DNA of 64,000 bases from an uncultured Bacteroidaceae bacterium (GCA_964472505.1 CAYYQW010000013.1:247-64246), one strand, 5' to 3'; shown: positions 41,636-51,785, counted from the first letter of the stretch. Translations and numbers: made by a program. The notes: a model not told the origin generated them from the sequence alone.

Positions 41636-42745
41636 ATGAACAAATCAAAAATCATAAAAGACTTACTGAACAAGGAAATACTTGATAAAGATGCACTAAG
41701 CTTTCTGCTACAAACAGACAAAACTCACGCAAATCTTATTTTTGAAAAAGCCGCTGAAATAAAACAACAATACGTCGGCAATACTACTTATCTGCGCGGC
41801 TTAATTGAACTTTCAAATATCTGCCGTAAGAACTGCTTATATTGCGGAATACGAAAAGGGAATACCTCTGTTGAACGCTATAATCTGACCGATGAAGCGG
41901 TAGTTGAAGCGGCGAAATATGCTTACGAAAAAAACTATGCCTCAATAGTAATACAAAGCGGGGAATTAGATAATGAAAAATTCACTAACCGAATCACCCG
42001 CCTGCTGAAAAAAATTAATGCAGCCACCAATCATAAATTAGGCATAACACTGTCTATGGGCGAACAAAGCGAAGCTGTTTTCAAAGAATGGAAAGCAAAT
42101 AATGTTTCTCGCTATCTGTTACGCATAGAATCATCCGATAAAGAATTATACAACAGCATTCACCCCAATGATGAAACACACAGTTTTGAGAATCGCATAA
42201 AAGCCCTGCGCAGCCTTCAAAATTTGGGATACCAAACCGGAACCGGCGTAATGATAGGACTTCCGGGACAGACTTATGAGCATCTCGCCGGCGATTTACT
42301 GTTTTTTCAAAATTTTGATATTGATATGGTTGGTATGGGGCCATACATCAGCCATTCGGAAACACCAATGGCAAATCTGGAAAACCGGCTGTCGCTTTCC
42401 GAACGCTTTTTTCTGGCACTTAAAATGACTGCCCTTTTACGCATTCTGATGAAAGATATCAACATAGCCGCAGCTACTGCTTTACAAGCCATAGACCCGG
42501 CCGGAAGAGAAAAAGCCATCAAGTGCGGAGCCAATGTGCTTATGCCCAACCTTACACCAAGTCAAAACCGCAATAATTATAGGCTCTACGAGAACAAACC
42601 TTGTATCGATGAAAGTGCAGAAGACTGCATTCATTGCACTGAAGCTCGCATCAGCCTGGCCGGCGACGAGATAGGCTACGGAGAACAGGGAAACTCTAAA
42701 CATTTCTACAAAAGAACAGACAAACAGGGGCAATCGCACTCTTAA
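41636..42745 (+). CDS. Radical SAM protein, HydE-like (BioB/HydE/PylB clade)
   Basis: 369 aa with the radical SAM cluster CRKNCLYC and a C-terminal CX7CX2C (CIDESAEDCIHC), as in HydE. No hydF, hydG or hydrogenase gene is in the window. Confidence 0.7.
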   Translation: MNKSKIIKDLLNKEILDKDALSFLLQTDKTHANLIFEKAAEIKQQYVGNTTYLRGLIELSNICRKNCLYCGIRKGNTSVERYNLTDEAVVEAAKYAYEKNYASIVIQSGELDNEKFTNRITRLLKKINAATNHKLGITLSMGEQSEAVFKEWKANNVSRYLLRIESSDKELYNSIHPNDETHSFENRIKALRSLQNLGYQTGTGVMIGLPGQTYEHLAGDLLFFQNFDIDMVGMGPYISHSETPMANLENRLSLSERFFLALKMTALLRILMKDINIAAATALQAIDPAGREKAIKCGANVLMPNLTPSQNRNNYRLYENKPCIDESAEDCIHCTEARISLAGDEIGYGEQGNSKHFYKRTDKQGQSHS

Positions 42746-43125
42746 TAAGTTTATATACTCATCTACAGCTTGCCATCCAAAAGCATAAGAAATAAATTTA
42801 TTTTTCTTAATAAACACTATTTTTTTATGTGAAACACAAAAATATTCGTTTTATTAATCCATTCAAAAAGCGAAACTTATAATAGGTGGTTAATGAAAAA
42901 AAATATTTTTTTATAACTTATAAAAAAACAACAAAAATATCTTAGTAATTTGAAACTTTTCTTAAAAAACAGCGTAACATTAAATGCAAACAAACATTTT
43001 TTAAAAGTTAGCATAATATGCACAAAGAGTTTTAAGTTTTATTCGTACCAAATATTTCAGACTACTCATTGACAACATTGTGCTAAGAAATAAATTAAAT
43101 TTTCATAATTTTGGTTTATTGAGAG

Positions 43126-43155
43126 AAAAGGCTGTCCGGAAGGACGGCCTTTTTT
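43126..43155 (+). terminator. Strong isolated intrinsic terminator inside the AT-rich spacer
   Basis: Stem AAAAGGCTGTCC / GGACGGCCTTTT with loop GGAA, followed by a T-run. It lies 380 nt after the HydE-like stop and 135 nt before the next start. Confidence 0.6.
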
Positions 43156-43246
43156 ATTGTAAAAACTCTTTTGGGCACAGCTTAATCGTTTTCTTGATTT
43201 TTTAACGGCTGACAAACGATATATAATGATATATCCGTATTTTTAT

Positions 43247-43254
43247 TAAATTTG
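43247..43254 (+). promoter_or_regulatory. -7 promoter box TAAATTTG for the pentapeptide-repeat lipoprotein gene
   Basis: TAnnTTTG match, 35 nt upstream of the ATG at 43290. Confidence 0.4.
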
Positions 43255-43289
43255 CGTATAAACAGAGAAATTTTTAAAATTAATGATAT

Positions 43290-44168
43290 ATGAAATACCA
43301 CATTAGCCTTATTCTTTTTGCACTTATTTTTTCAGCCTGCGACAAAAATCATAGAGACTCCGCCCCTACAGACAAAGAGGCTCGCAGCACCATAATATAT
43401 GCCGATGAAATCAACGATAAAGTTAAATCCGGCAAAGAAATTTATTATGAAGATGCCGTTATTGTAGGCGATATCGATTTTACACTAAGCCCGGATATAT
43501 CCATAGAATCACCCTCAATCATGAGGCACTACAGAAACTCCGGAGTGTTGTTCTCAAATTGCACCTTTCAGGGCGAAATTATTGCCGCTCGTAAAGATAA
43601 AGAAAAACACAACTATTTGTATTTTGACAGAAATGTTAGCTTTTTGAACTGTACCTTTCAAAGTAAAATCAATTTCTCGGAAACTCGCTTTGACCATTTG
43701 GCTCTTTTCAGAGAAAATATATACCAAGACAGTGTAATATTTAACGGTGCAAGCTTTAATTTTAAAAAGAATTATTTTCATAACAGTAAATTTATGGCTT
43801 TTACCGATTTTTCCGAAACCGTTTTCAAAGGAGAAAGCTCTTTTTTGAAATCAGAATTTCGGGGAAACCTGCTTTTCCAGTCGGCTGTTTTTTATGAAAC
43901 CGTTAATTTTGGAGCGATTCATTTATATAAAAAATCTGATTTTTCATTAAACAGCTATCGAGGCGAAGCAAATTTCAGATATGCTACTTTTGAGGCGCCC
44001 TGCAGCTTCAATCATTCTCAATTCGGGGGCCGTGTAGAAATGGACGATTTGAGTACACGAGAGATTCTGACTTTTGAAAATGCAGTCTTTCTCAAGCGTC
44101 CAAAATCAGAGACTACCGACTTGACGGATATGATTTCCCTGAAAAACAGTCGTTTTATTATTGACTAA
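43290..44168 (+). CDS. Pentapeptide-repeat-like lipoprotein
   Basis: 292 aa with the lipobox LIFSAC. Its body consists of recurring F-x-x-x-x-F units (NCTFQGEI, NCTFQSKINFSETRF, ASFNF and others), suggesting a right-handed quadrilateral beta-helix. Confidence 0.65.
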   Translation: MKYHISLILFALIFSACDKNHRDSAPTDKEARSTIIYADEINDKVKSGKEIYYEDAVIVGDIDFTLSPDISIESPSIMRHYRNSGVLFSNCTFQGEIIAARKDKEKHNYLYFDRNVSFLNCTFQSKINFSETRFDHLALFRENIYQDSVIFNGASFNFKKNYFHNSKFMAFTDFSETVFKGESSFLKSEFRGNLLFQSAVFYETVNFGAIHLYKKSDFSLNSYRGEANFRYATFEAPCSFNHSQFGGRVEMDDLSTREILTFENAVFLKRPKSETTDLTDMISLKNSRFIID

Positions 44169-44352
44169 ACGGCTCCGGAAACAAAATGCTTTAACATTAC
44201 GTATAGTAAAATAAAGCATATCGGAAAACAAAGCACCTTTTATATCAAAAAACGCAGCCTTTGGTCAAAGGTACCCATACGATAATCAAATAATATCCAT
44301 AGTGTAGCGTTTTATTTATACATTTATAGTCAGAAATCTAAACTTTAAAGAC

Positions 44353-46029
44353 ATGAAACTCAAATTCAAATTCAAATTTATTGCAAGCCTCGTGCTTATT
44401 CTTCCTTTTCTTTTTATGGCAAGCTCTTGCGAAGAGCTGTTAGCCGATTTAGATGATGAAGATGTTGAGCAAGTTTATGAAAACCTCGGTTGGTGGGGTA
44501 TGGAAGATGAAGATACCGAAAGTATCGAAGATGGCATTAGCTTTGGCTCCGGTGATTTACCCTCAAAAGTGGATATCTCCGGTAACATGCCTCCGGTTGG
44601 AAACCAAGGACAATACGGAACTTGTGTAGCTTGGGCCGTAGGATACGGACACAAAACCTATATGGAAGCCGTGGAAAATAACCGAACCACAGCCGATTTA
44701 TCAAACACGGCTTACCAATTCAGCCCCAAATACCTTTTTTGGGCCATACCCTCCGGAAGCAAAAATGACGATTGCAACGGAACCGGTTTTCAACCCGCTT
44801 ATGATGTGATGCTGAGCAAAGGTATTGCTCAAGAAAGTGTAGTGCCTTATACCGACTTGGGCGACTGCTCCGGTTCAACTACATCAGCATGGGATAACAA
44901 TGCAGATGATTACTTGATTGAAAACTACCGAGAAATTGATGTAGATAAAGCCACCATTAAACAATATCTTGCACAAGGACGGGCCGTGGTTTTCGGCGCC
45001 AAGTTGGGCGATGATTTTATGAACTGGAACAGCAGCTCAATCCTTTATTCCGACACCTACGGTTATTCCGGACAACACGCCTATCACGCCATGATTTTAA
45101 CCGGATACGATGACAGCAAAGGTACCAACGGAGCGTTCAGAGTTCTGAACTCTTGGGGAACCGGCTGGGGCGATAACGGTTATATCTGGGTGGATCAGAA
45201 TTTCTTTGTAGGCAGCGGCGGTGATTTTGCTTTTTGTGCATTCGTAGCTCAAAATGCAGCCAATACTGCTCCGGACTTGGACGATCCTGAAGACGGAATG
45301 GATGTAATGGCTTGGGAACTTTCTGATGAATTAAATGTTGATAACCCGGATCCGGATGGCAGAAACCGGACTGCCAGGTATGATGTCTACAACTCAGGAA
45401 ATGAACCCATTTTAGCATCGGAAGATTGGAATATCTTGTATGTATATTATAATGCTTATGATGCCAATGATTATGGCATTATTTTATACGACTACTATAG
45501 TGATGACTATGCGGATCAAGCTAACGGAATGCCTGATAATTGGAGTTTAGACTCAGATGGAGACGGAGTCGGAAACTGGTACAACTATGTAGATGTTCCG
45601 GCATCACAAAGTGTGGCCCAAGCTCTATATGACGATCCTGATGCTCGCTTTAGATGGGATTACACGATGCCCGAGATCACCGGCGAATACTATCTGGTCA
45701 TTATAGCCGACGGTTATGATGTACTCAAAGAAGTTAACGAAGAAAATAACTACTTCTATTTAACGGATACAAACGGTGAGCCCATTCAAATAACCAATGG
45801 TGTAATTCAAGACCCATTAATGGATAACTCAAAATCCGGTGTTGTGCCTCCCAAAAAATTCGGCCCTTCGGAAAAACCAACCGTACGAACCGAGAAGAAT
45901 TTGAATGCCTACACAACTAAAGAAATTACGGCCATGATTAAAAACCGTAAAGAAACCGGCGACATTCAACGCAAAGCCATGCAATACGTAAACAAAAACT
46001 CGTATCCCAAAAAAGTGGAAAAACGATAA
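44353..46029 (+). CDS. Papain-like (C1 family) cysteine peptidase lipoprotein with a CARDB-like C-terminal domain
   Basis: 558 aa with the lipobox MASSC. The catalytic contexts are QGQYGTCVAW (Cys), HAMILTGYDD (His) and NSWGTGWGDNGY (Asn/Trp). The C-terminal domain ends in EVNEENNY, which is typical of CARDB. Confidence 0.85.
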   Translation: MKLKFKFKFIASLVLILPFLFMASSCEELLADLDDEDVEQVYENLGWWGMEDEDTESIEDGISFGSGDLPSKVDISGNMPPVGNQGQYGTCVAWAVGYGHKTYMEAVENNRTTADLSNTAYQFSPKYLFWAIPSGSKNDDCNGTGFQPAYDVMLSKGIAQESVVPYTDLGDCSGSTTSAWDNNADDYLIENYREIDVDKATIKQYLAQGRAVVFGAKLGDDFMNWNSSSILYSDTYGYSGQHAYHAMILTGYDDSKGTNGAFRVLNSWGTGWGDNGYIWVDQNFFVGSGGDFAFCAFVAQNAANTAPDLDDPEDGMDVMAWELSDELNVDNPDPDGRNRTARYDVYNSGNEPILASEDWNILYVYYNAYDANDYGIILYDYYSDDYADQANGMPDNWSLDSDGDGVGNWYNYVDVPASQSVAQALYDDPDARFRWDYTMPEITGEYYLVIIADGYDVLKEVNEENNYFYLTDTNGEPIQITNGVIQDPLMDNSKSGVVPPKKFGPSEKPTVRTEKNLNAYTTKEITAMIKNRKETGDIQRKAMQYVNKNSYPKKVEKR

Positions 46030-46051
46030 AGCGTAACGCATACAGTTAATA

Positions 46052-46082
46052 AAAAAGCTGCCTGTTTCGGGCAGCTTTTTTT
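46052..46082 (+). terminator. Intrinsic terminator after the C1 peptidase gene
   Basis: Stem GCTGCC / GGCAGC (46057-46062 / 46070-46075), extended by A/T pairs, followed by a T7 run at 46076-46082. Confidence 0.75.
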
Positions 46083-46207
46083 ATACGGTAAGAGGTCGGT
46101 GAATACAGAAAGCATAAAATTTCCGTATTCTAAGAAAATATTGTACTTTTGCTTTGCAACCGGGCAATTCAATCCGGTTTTATTTGTATTAACAAAACAA
46201 AAGAATC

Positions 46208-46954
46208 ATGAAACTTTTAGAAGGAAAAACTGCTTTAATAACCGGCGCAGCGAGAGGTATAGGAAAAGCCATAGCCGAAAAATATGCCGATCAGGGTGCC
46301 AATATTGCCCTCACCGATTTAAAAACCAATGAGCAAACCAATGCATTGGTAAAAGAATTGGAAGCCAAAGGCGTAAAAGCACAAGCATACGGTTTTGATG
46401 CATCCAATGTTCAGCAGGCTGAAGAAGCGGTACAGGCAATTCAGAAAGCATTTGGACGAATAGATATTTTAATTAACAATGCCGGAATCACGCAAGATAC
46501 GCTTCTTATGCGAATGTCGGAACAACAATGGGATTCCGTTTTGAAAGTAAACTTAAAATCGGTATTTGCCATGACAAAAGCCGTACAACGCATTATGCTT
46601 AAGCAACGCTCAGGCTCTATAATAAACATGAGCTCCGTAGTAGGCGTAAGCGGAAATGCCGGACAAGCTAATTATTCAGCCTCAAAAGCCGGTATTATAG
46701 GTTTCACAAAATCCATAGCCAAAGAGCTTGGCGCCAGAAACATACGTTCAAATGCCGTAGCTCCCGGTTTCATCATAACGGATATGACCGCCCAACTATC
46801 CGAAGAAGTTAAAAAACAATGGACAGAAACCATACCGCTAAAACGCGGCGGAACCCCGGAAGACGTTGCCGATCTTTGTATTTATCTCGGCTCGGATATG
46901 TCATCTTACATTACCGGACAGGTAATTAACGTATGCGGCGGAATGAACACATAA
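46208..46954 (+). CDS. fabG: 3-oxoacyl-[acyl-carrier-protein] reductase
   Basis: 248 aa SDR with TGAARGIGKAIA, NNAGIT and the catalytic YSASKAG. Confidence 0.92.
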   Translation: MKLLEGKTALITGAARGIGKAIAEKYADQGANIALTDLKTNEQTNALVKELEAKGVKAQAYGFDASNVQQAEEAVQAIQKAFGRIDILINNAGITQDTLLMRMSEQQWDSVLKVNLKSVFAMTKAVQRIMLKQRSGSIINMSSVVGVSGNAGQANYSASKAGIIGFTKSIAKELGARNIRSNAVAPGFIITDMTAQLSEEVKKQWTETIPLKRGGTPEDVADLCIYLGSDMSSYITGQVINVCGGMNT

Positions 46955-46965
46955 GCAGCTCCCCT

Positions 46966-46998
46966 GCCCGATCTCCGTTTGGACGGTCGGGCTTTCTT
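46966..46998 (+). terminator. Terminator-like hairpin after fabG
   Basis: Stem GCCCGATC / GGTCGGGC, with an inner TCC/GGA extension and a GTTT loop, followed by TTTCTTATT. Confidence 0.5.
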
Positions 46999-47019
46999 AT
47001 TCACCTAAAATTTGATACC

Positions 47020-48237
47020 ATGCCACTTTTTGGATTCAACAGATTAAAAAAATCAGCGAAAAAAGTCAGTAAATCGGTGCTAAAAAATGTTGCCGAAACC
47101 GGTGAGACAAAATTAGATGTTAAACTACAAGGAGTCATTAATGCCAACGTGCTAAATATACGCTCTGCGCCTACACTTAACAGTCAAAAATTGGGAAAAT
47201 TTACAAAAGGAGCCCTTATCAGCATTTTGGAGCATGTGGATAATGAGTGGTATCGCTTCAAATATAACAATCAAGATGCTTATGTTTATGCTAAATTTGT
47301 AAGCATCGTAAAAGGTCTAATAAATGCCAACGTGCTGAATATACGGCAAGGCCCTTCCACAAAGGATCAAGTTGTGGGACAATTGAAACGCAATGACGTG
47401 GTAACTGTTGCGCATATTCAGGATAAGTGGCATAAAATAATATATGATGAAAGCTTTGCTTATGTATATGCCAAGTATGTTACCCTTATTTACGATACCG
47501 AATCAGCCGGTACATCCGAGAGTAAATTGCTTAAAGACAATGCGCTTTTGCTTAATGTAAAAATTGAACCCGACAAAAAAATAGGCGTACCTTCTTCCCC
47601 GCGTTCCAAAAGAATTACAGCTGAAACCTATAATAATTTTGGCGGGCTTACCGATGTCATAAGCAAGCAATTAAAAATAGACCCGGCAGCGGCCATTGCC
47701 GTGCTTGCGGTAGAAAGTGCCGGAAAAGCATACGGCAATGACGGCCGTGTACTCATTCGTTTTGAAAATCACTTATTTTATCGTTTTTGGGGTAAAAGGA
47801 ATTTAGATGTGTTTAATGACCACTTTAAGTTTGACAGAAGAAAGTACTGGACCAATCATTTTTTCAGAAGCAATAAAAAAGCCGAATGGGAAAACTTTCA
47901 CGGTAATCAAAAGAAAGAATGGGAAGTATTTGAGTTTGCTCAAAAACTGGATTCTACCGCTGCTCATATTTCAGCGAGCTACGGAGCTCCTCAAATTCTG
48001 GGTACCAACTACAAGAAAATAGGCTATGACTCTCCCGAAAAACTTTTGGAAAACTTTTCAGACGATGTACGCTTTCAGGTATTTGCTTTGTTTGACTTTT
48101 TTAGCCCGCAAATGATTAAACACGTGCAAAATAAAGACTTCACCTCTTTTGCCCGCTACTATAACGGTGCCGGACAAGCCGTACGATACGGCAACTACAT
48201 CAAAGATTTTTATAATGCGTTTAAAAGTCTGACTTAA
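47020..48237 (+). CDS. SH3b-SH3b-N-acetylmuramidase (DUF3380/PF11860-like) protein, no signal peptide
   Basis: Start taken at MPLFGF (47020). It has two near-identical SH3b units (INANVLNIRSAP... and INANVLNIRQGP...). The C-terminal domain has LAVESAGKAYGNDGRVLIRFENHLFYRF, typical of the endolysin-like muramidase family. Confidence 0.75.
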   Translation: MPLFGFNRLKKSAKKVSKSVLKNVAETGETKLDVKLQGVINANVLNIRSAPTLNSQKLGKFTKGALISILEHVDNEWYRFKYNNQDAYVYAKFVSIVKGLINANVLNIRQGPSTKDQVVGQLKRNDVVTVAHIQDKWHKIIYDESFAYVYAKYVTLIYDTESAGTSESKLLKDNALLLNVKIEPDKKIGVPSSPRSKRITAETYNNFGGLTDVISKQLKIDPAAAIAVLAVESAGKAYGNDGRVLIRFENHLFYRFWGKRNLDVFNDHFKFDRRKYWTNHFFRSNKKAEWENFHGNQKKEWEVFEFAQKLDSTAAHISASYGAPQILGTNYKKIGYDSPEKLLENFSDDVRFQVFALFDFFSPQMIKHVQNKDFTSFARYYNGAGQAVRYGNYIKDFYNAFKSLT

Positions 48238-50327
48238 TGCCGGATTATTCACTCATTACAACAGAATACCCCCTCGGTTTTCTTCTGCTTTGCCTTGTGT
48301 TAGGCTTGGCTTATGCCTTTTTTTTATATCGCAAAGATGAAAAGCTGAAGCATGCGGCAAACTATCTGAAAATATTGTTATTTTCATTCAGGGCTCTGAC
48401 AGTGAGTATAATAGCTTTTTTACTTTTGAACCCGGTAATCCACAGCACCGGTCAATATGTTGAAGAACCCATTGTAGTTATTGCACAAGACGTTTCGGAA
48501 TCGATGGTGTCGGATACAACGAAACTTGCTCCGCTGATAAAAAATACCGATGAAATTTTTAATTCGATCAGCGAAAACTATGATACAAAAATATACAGTT
48601 TCGGCGAGTCTTTCCGTCCGGGTATTGAATATGAATTCTCAGATAAACAAACTAATATTTCCGAAGCTGTTCAGAAAGTTCAGGCACAATATTTCAATCG
48701 CAACATTGGAGCGCTGATATTAATTAGCGACGGAATTTATAACAGCGGCAGTAATCCTATTTATACAGCCTCTCAGGTTGGTTTCCCGATTCATACCATT
48801 GCAGTCGGAAACCCTGAGCCCAAAAAAGATTTGATACTTAAAGATGCCGAATATAACAAAATCGTATTTTTAAACGATATTTATCCGCTTCATGTCAATA
48901 TAGAAGCTAAAAAATTGGCCGGAGAAAATTCAAAACTCTCAGTATATGAAAACGGCAGAATAATAGAAACCCGAAATATACAAATTACTTCCGATGATTT
49001 TTATACTACGGTTGAGCTGGAAGCTAAAGCTGAAACTACGGGTGTTCGCCGCTTGCGTTTTGTGCTTGAAACCATTGAGGGTGAATACAGCAGTCTGAAT
49101 AACCGCAAAGAAATTATTTTTGAAGTTATTGACAGTAAACAAAAAATACTTATTCTGGGCAATTCACCGCATCCTGATATAGGAGCCCTTAAAAGCAGTT
49201 TGGATAAAAATAAAAACTTTGAAACTGAATTTTCCATAATCGGACAAAACACAAAACCGCTTTCATCATACAATTTAGTAATTATGCACCAATTACCCTC
49301 GGTAAGTCATTCGGCTTTAAGAGAAATTGAAAGTTTACGGAATAATCAAATTCCAACTTTGTGGATAATAGGCAAACAAACGGCTACTGATAAGTTTAAT
49401 ACAACGGGAAGCAGCCTTAAGATTCAATCTCAAGCTTCTTCTTTTGACCCTGCAACCGGCATTTTCAATCCTAATTTTTCAATGTTTGAGCTTCTGCCGG
49501 AAATTGATAATTTATTGCAAAATGCTCCGCCTTTAGAAACACCATTTGGAAAATACAGTAATTATAGCCCGAATAATGTATTGTTTTTCAGAAAAATACA
49601 AGATGTTGAAACCGAAAGCCCTTTGGTCGTTTTCAGTAATAATCAAAGCCCCGCAAAATCAGCCGTGATTACCGGAGAAGGTCTTTGGCGATGGAAAATT
49701 TATGATTACAAATTGCACCAAAATCATATCTTGTTTAATGAATTTATTCAGAAAACCTGCCAATATTTAAGTTTAAAAATAGATAAGGATCGTTTTAGGG
49801 TTAAGGTTGAAAATATAATTGCCGAAAATCAAGATGTTATCTTTCGGGCAGAGCGCTATAACAAAAGCTATGAACTTATAAATGAGCAAGACGTCAACTT
49901 GCAATTGACTGATTCGCTTGGAGATACCTACGATTTTGTATTTGACAAAACCCGACAAAGCTATGAACTAAACCTCGGCAAGTTGGCTGCCGGTGATTAC
50001 CGTTGGAAAGCCGAAACAGATATTGACGGGAAAAAACTTAGCAAACAAGGCGAAATAAGTATTCATACACTAAATACGGAAGCGCGTAATACCCGAGCAA
50101 ATCATCAATTGCTTTATAATATTTCCGAAAAAACCGGAGGTCAAATGTTCAACTTACAGCAAAGTTCCGAACTTATAAAACGATTGACTGAAGACGTTCG
50201 AATGAAACCCGTTGCACATAGTGAAAAGAACAGTTTTAAAATCATACACGCCAAACTTTTGTTTTTCTTAATACTACTTTTGTTGGCGGCAGAGTGGTTT
50301 ATACGAAAGTATTCGGGTTCATATTAA
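48237..50327 (+). CDS. Large membrane protein with an N-terminal double-TM segment (BatA-like), a vWA-like start and a C-terminal TM anchor
   Basis: 696 aa. Two TM helices are followed by VIAQDVSESM (a MIDAS-like DxSxS motif). The protein ends in a hydrophobic helix. Its ATG overlaps the preceding TAA (TAATG). Confidence 0.65.
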   Translation: MPDYSLITTEYPLGFLLLCLVLGLAYAFFLYRKDEKLKHAANYLKILLFSFRALTVSIIAFLLLNPVIHSTGQYVEEPIVVIAQDVSESMVSDTTKLAPLIKNTDEIFNSISENYDTKIYSFGESFRPGIEYEFSDKQTNISEAVQKVQAQYFNRNIGALILISDGIYNSGSNPIYTASQVGFPIHTIAVGNPEPKKDLILKDAEYNKIVFLNDIYPLHVNIEAKKLAGENSKLSVYENGRIIETRNIQITSDDFYTTVELEAKAETTGVRRLRFVLETIEGEYSSLNNRKEIIFEVIDSKQKILILGNSPHPDIGALKSSLDKNKNFETEFSIIGQNTKPLSSYNLVIMHQLPSVSHSALREIESLRNNQIPTLWIIGKQTATDKFNTTGSSLKIQSQASSFDPATGIFNPNFSMFELLPEIDNLLQNAPPLETPFGKYSNYSPNNVLFFRKIQDVETESPLVVFSNNQSPAKSAVITGEGLWRWKIYDYKLHQNHILFNEFIQKTCQYLSLKIDKDRFRVKVENIIAENQDVIFRAERYNKSYELINEQDVNLQLTDSLGDTYDFVFDKTRQSYELNLGKLAAGDYRWKAETDIDGKKLSKQGEISIHTLNTEARNTRANHQLLYNISEKTGGQMFNLQQSSELIKRLTEDVRMKPVAHSEKNSFKIIHAKLLFFLILLLLAAEWFIRKYSGSY

Positions 50328-50369
50328 AAAGTATTTCTATCAGTCGGGAATTAGATATTGTTTTTTGTA

Positions 50370-50377
50370 TAAATTTG
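50370..50377 (+). promoter_or_regulatory. -7 promoter box TAAATTTG for trkA
   Basis: TAnnTTTG match, 55 nt upstream of the ATG at 50433. Confidence 0.35.
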
Positions 50378-50432
50378 CGCCCAAATTTCATATCCGAATT
50401 ATAATAAGCAGAATTCTTTTTAAAATAAAAAA

Positions 50433-51785
50433 ATGAAAGTAATAATAGCCGGAGCCGGTGAAGCAGGGACATACTTAGCCCAATTACTGTATGATAATAA
50501 AGACAACATCACCATAATCGATCACGATGAAACCCGTATAAAATATATTGACGAACATTATGATTTTTTATCTCTAAAAGCTTCATCTTTATCAATTGAA
50601 ACATTAAAGTCAGCCGGTATTTCCGCTTGCGATTTGTTTATAGCCATGACCGATACCGAAGAGGGCAACCTGCTTTCGTGTATCATGGCTAAAAAATTAG
50701 GTGCCAAAAAAGTAATAGCACGTATATCAAATAAAGAGTATATTGATGATTTCGGAAATGAGCTTTTTAAAGGTTTAGGCATTGATTCACTGGTTTATCC
50801 GGAGATTCTGGCCAGTGAAGAAATTGTAAACATTCTCGAACGAGCGGGAACCAAACAGTTTGTGAAATTTGCAAACGGAAGTTTGCAAATTGTAGTATTA
50901 AAAATAAAGAAAGATTCAGCGTTCTCGGGCATAAAATTCTCCGATTTAAAAAAAGAAGAAAATGCCAACAATTTTAGGAGTATTGCCATAAAACGGCAGG
51001 GAAAAACATTTATACCCTCCGGCAACAACAAAATGCAAGCCGATGATCTGGTTTTTACAATATGCAAAAAACCAATGGTTGACTATTTGTTGAAACAATC
51101 GGGCAACCCTTCTTTTACCGTTAAAAATGTTATGATTATGGGCGGAAGCCGTATCGGATACAAAACGGCACTTGCGCTTCAAAAAACACATAATGTAAAG
51201 TTATTTGAACGCGACAAAGAGAAATGCCATGAACTTTCAGAAATACTTAATCATACTTTGATAATAAACGGCGACGGGAGAGATACGGCTTTGCTCATTG
51301 AAGAAGGTATCGAAAATACCGATGCATTTATAGCCGTAACCGGCAATTCGGAAACTAACATACTGGCTTGCCTGCATGCCAAAAAGTACGGTGTCAAAAA
51401 AACAATTGCCGAAATAGAAAACATGGATGACTTACCACTTGTACAGAATATGGGTGTAAATTCCGTAATAAATAAAAAATTGATAGCAGCGGGCCATATC
51501 TATACGCATGTATTATCGCAGCATCTGGCTTCGGTGCAGTGTTTGTCCGATATAGATGCCGAAGTACTTGAATTTATTGTTCCTGAAAATGCTCCCATAA
51601 GCAAAGCCAATTTATCTAATTTAAAGTTTCCGGATGCTGCCATTATCGGGGGCATAATGAGAGAAAATGAGGAATCGATAATTCCGCAAGGAAGCAGCCG
51701 CATTAAAGCAGGCGACAAAGTTATAGTCTGTGCCATGCCGGAAGCTATAACTGAAGCAGCAAATTTTTTCAAACAAAAAAAATAA
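50433..51785 (+). CDS. trkA: Trk potassium uptake system NAD-binding subunit
   Basis: 450 aa with two RCK/TrkA-N Rossmann units (IIAGAGEAG and IMGGSRIG). Confidence 0.92.
   Translation: MKVIIAGAGEAGTYLAQLLYDNKDNITIIDHDETRIKYIDEHYDFLSLKASSLSIETLKSAGISACDLFIAMTDTEEGNLLSCIMAKKLGAKKVIARISNKEYIDDFGNELFKGLGIDSLVYPEILASEEIVNILERAGTKQFVKFANGSLQIVVLKIKKDSAFSGIKFSDLKKEENANNFRSIAIKRQGKTFIPSGNNKMQADDLVFTICKKPMVDYLLKQSGNPSFTVKNVMIMGGSRIGYKTALALQKTHNVKLFERDKEKCHELSEILNHTLIINGDGRDTALLIEEGIENTDAFIAVTGNSETNILACLHAKKYGVKKTIAEIENMDDLPLVQNMGVNSVINKKLIAAGHIYTHVLSQHLASVQCLSDIDAEVLEFIVPENAPISKANLSNLKFPDAAIIGGIMRENEESIIPQGSSRIKAGDKVIVCAMPEAITEAANFFKQKK

Noticed and set aside
47020-48237. A prophage inferred from the endolysin-like muramidase.
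   Set aside because: No holin, capsid, tail, terminase or integrase genes are nearby. The neighbours are fabG and trkAH.
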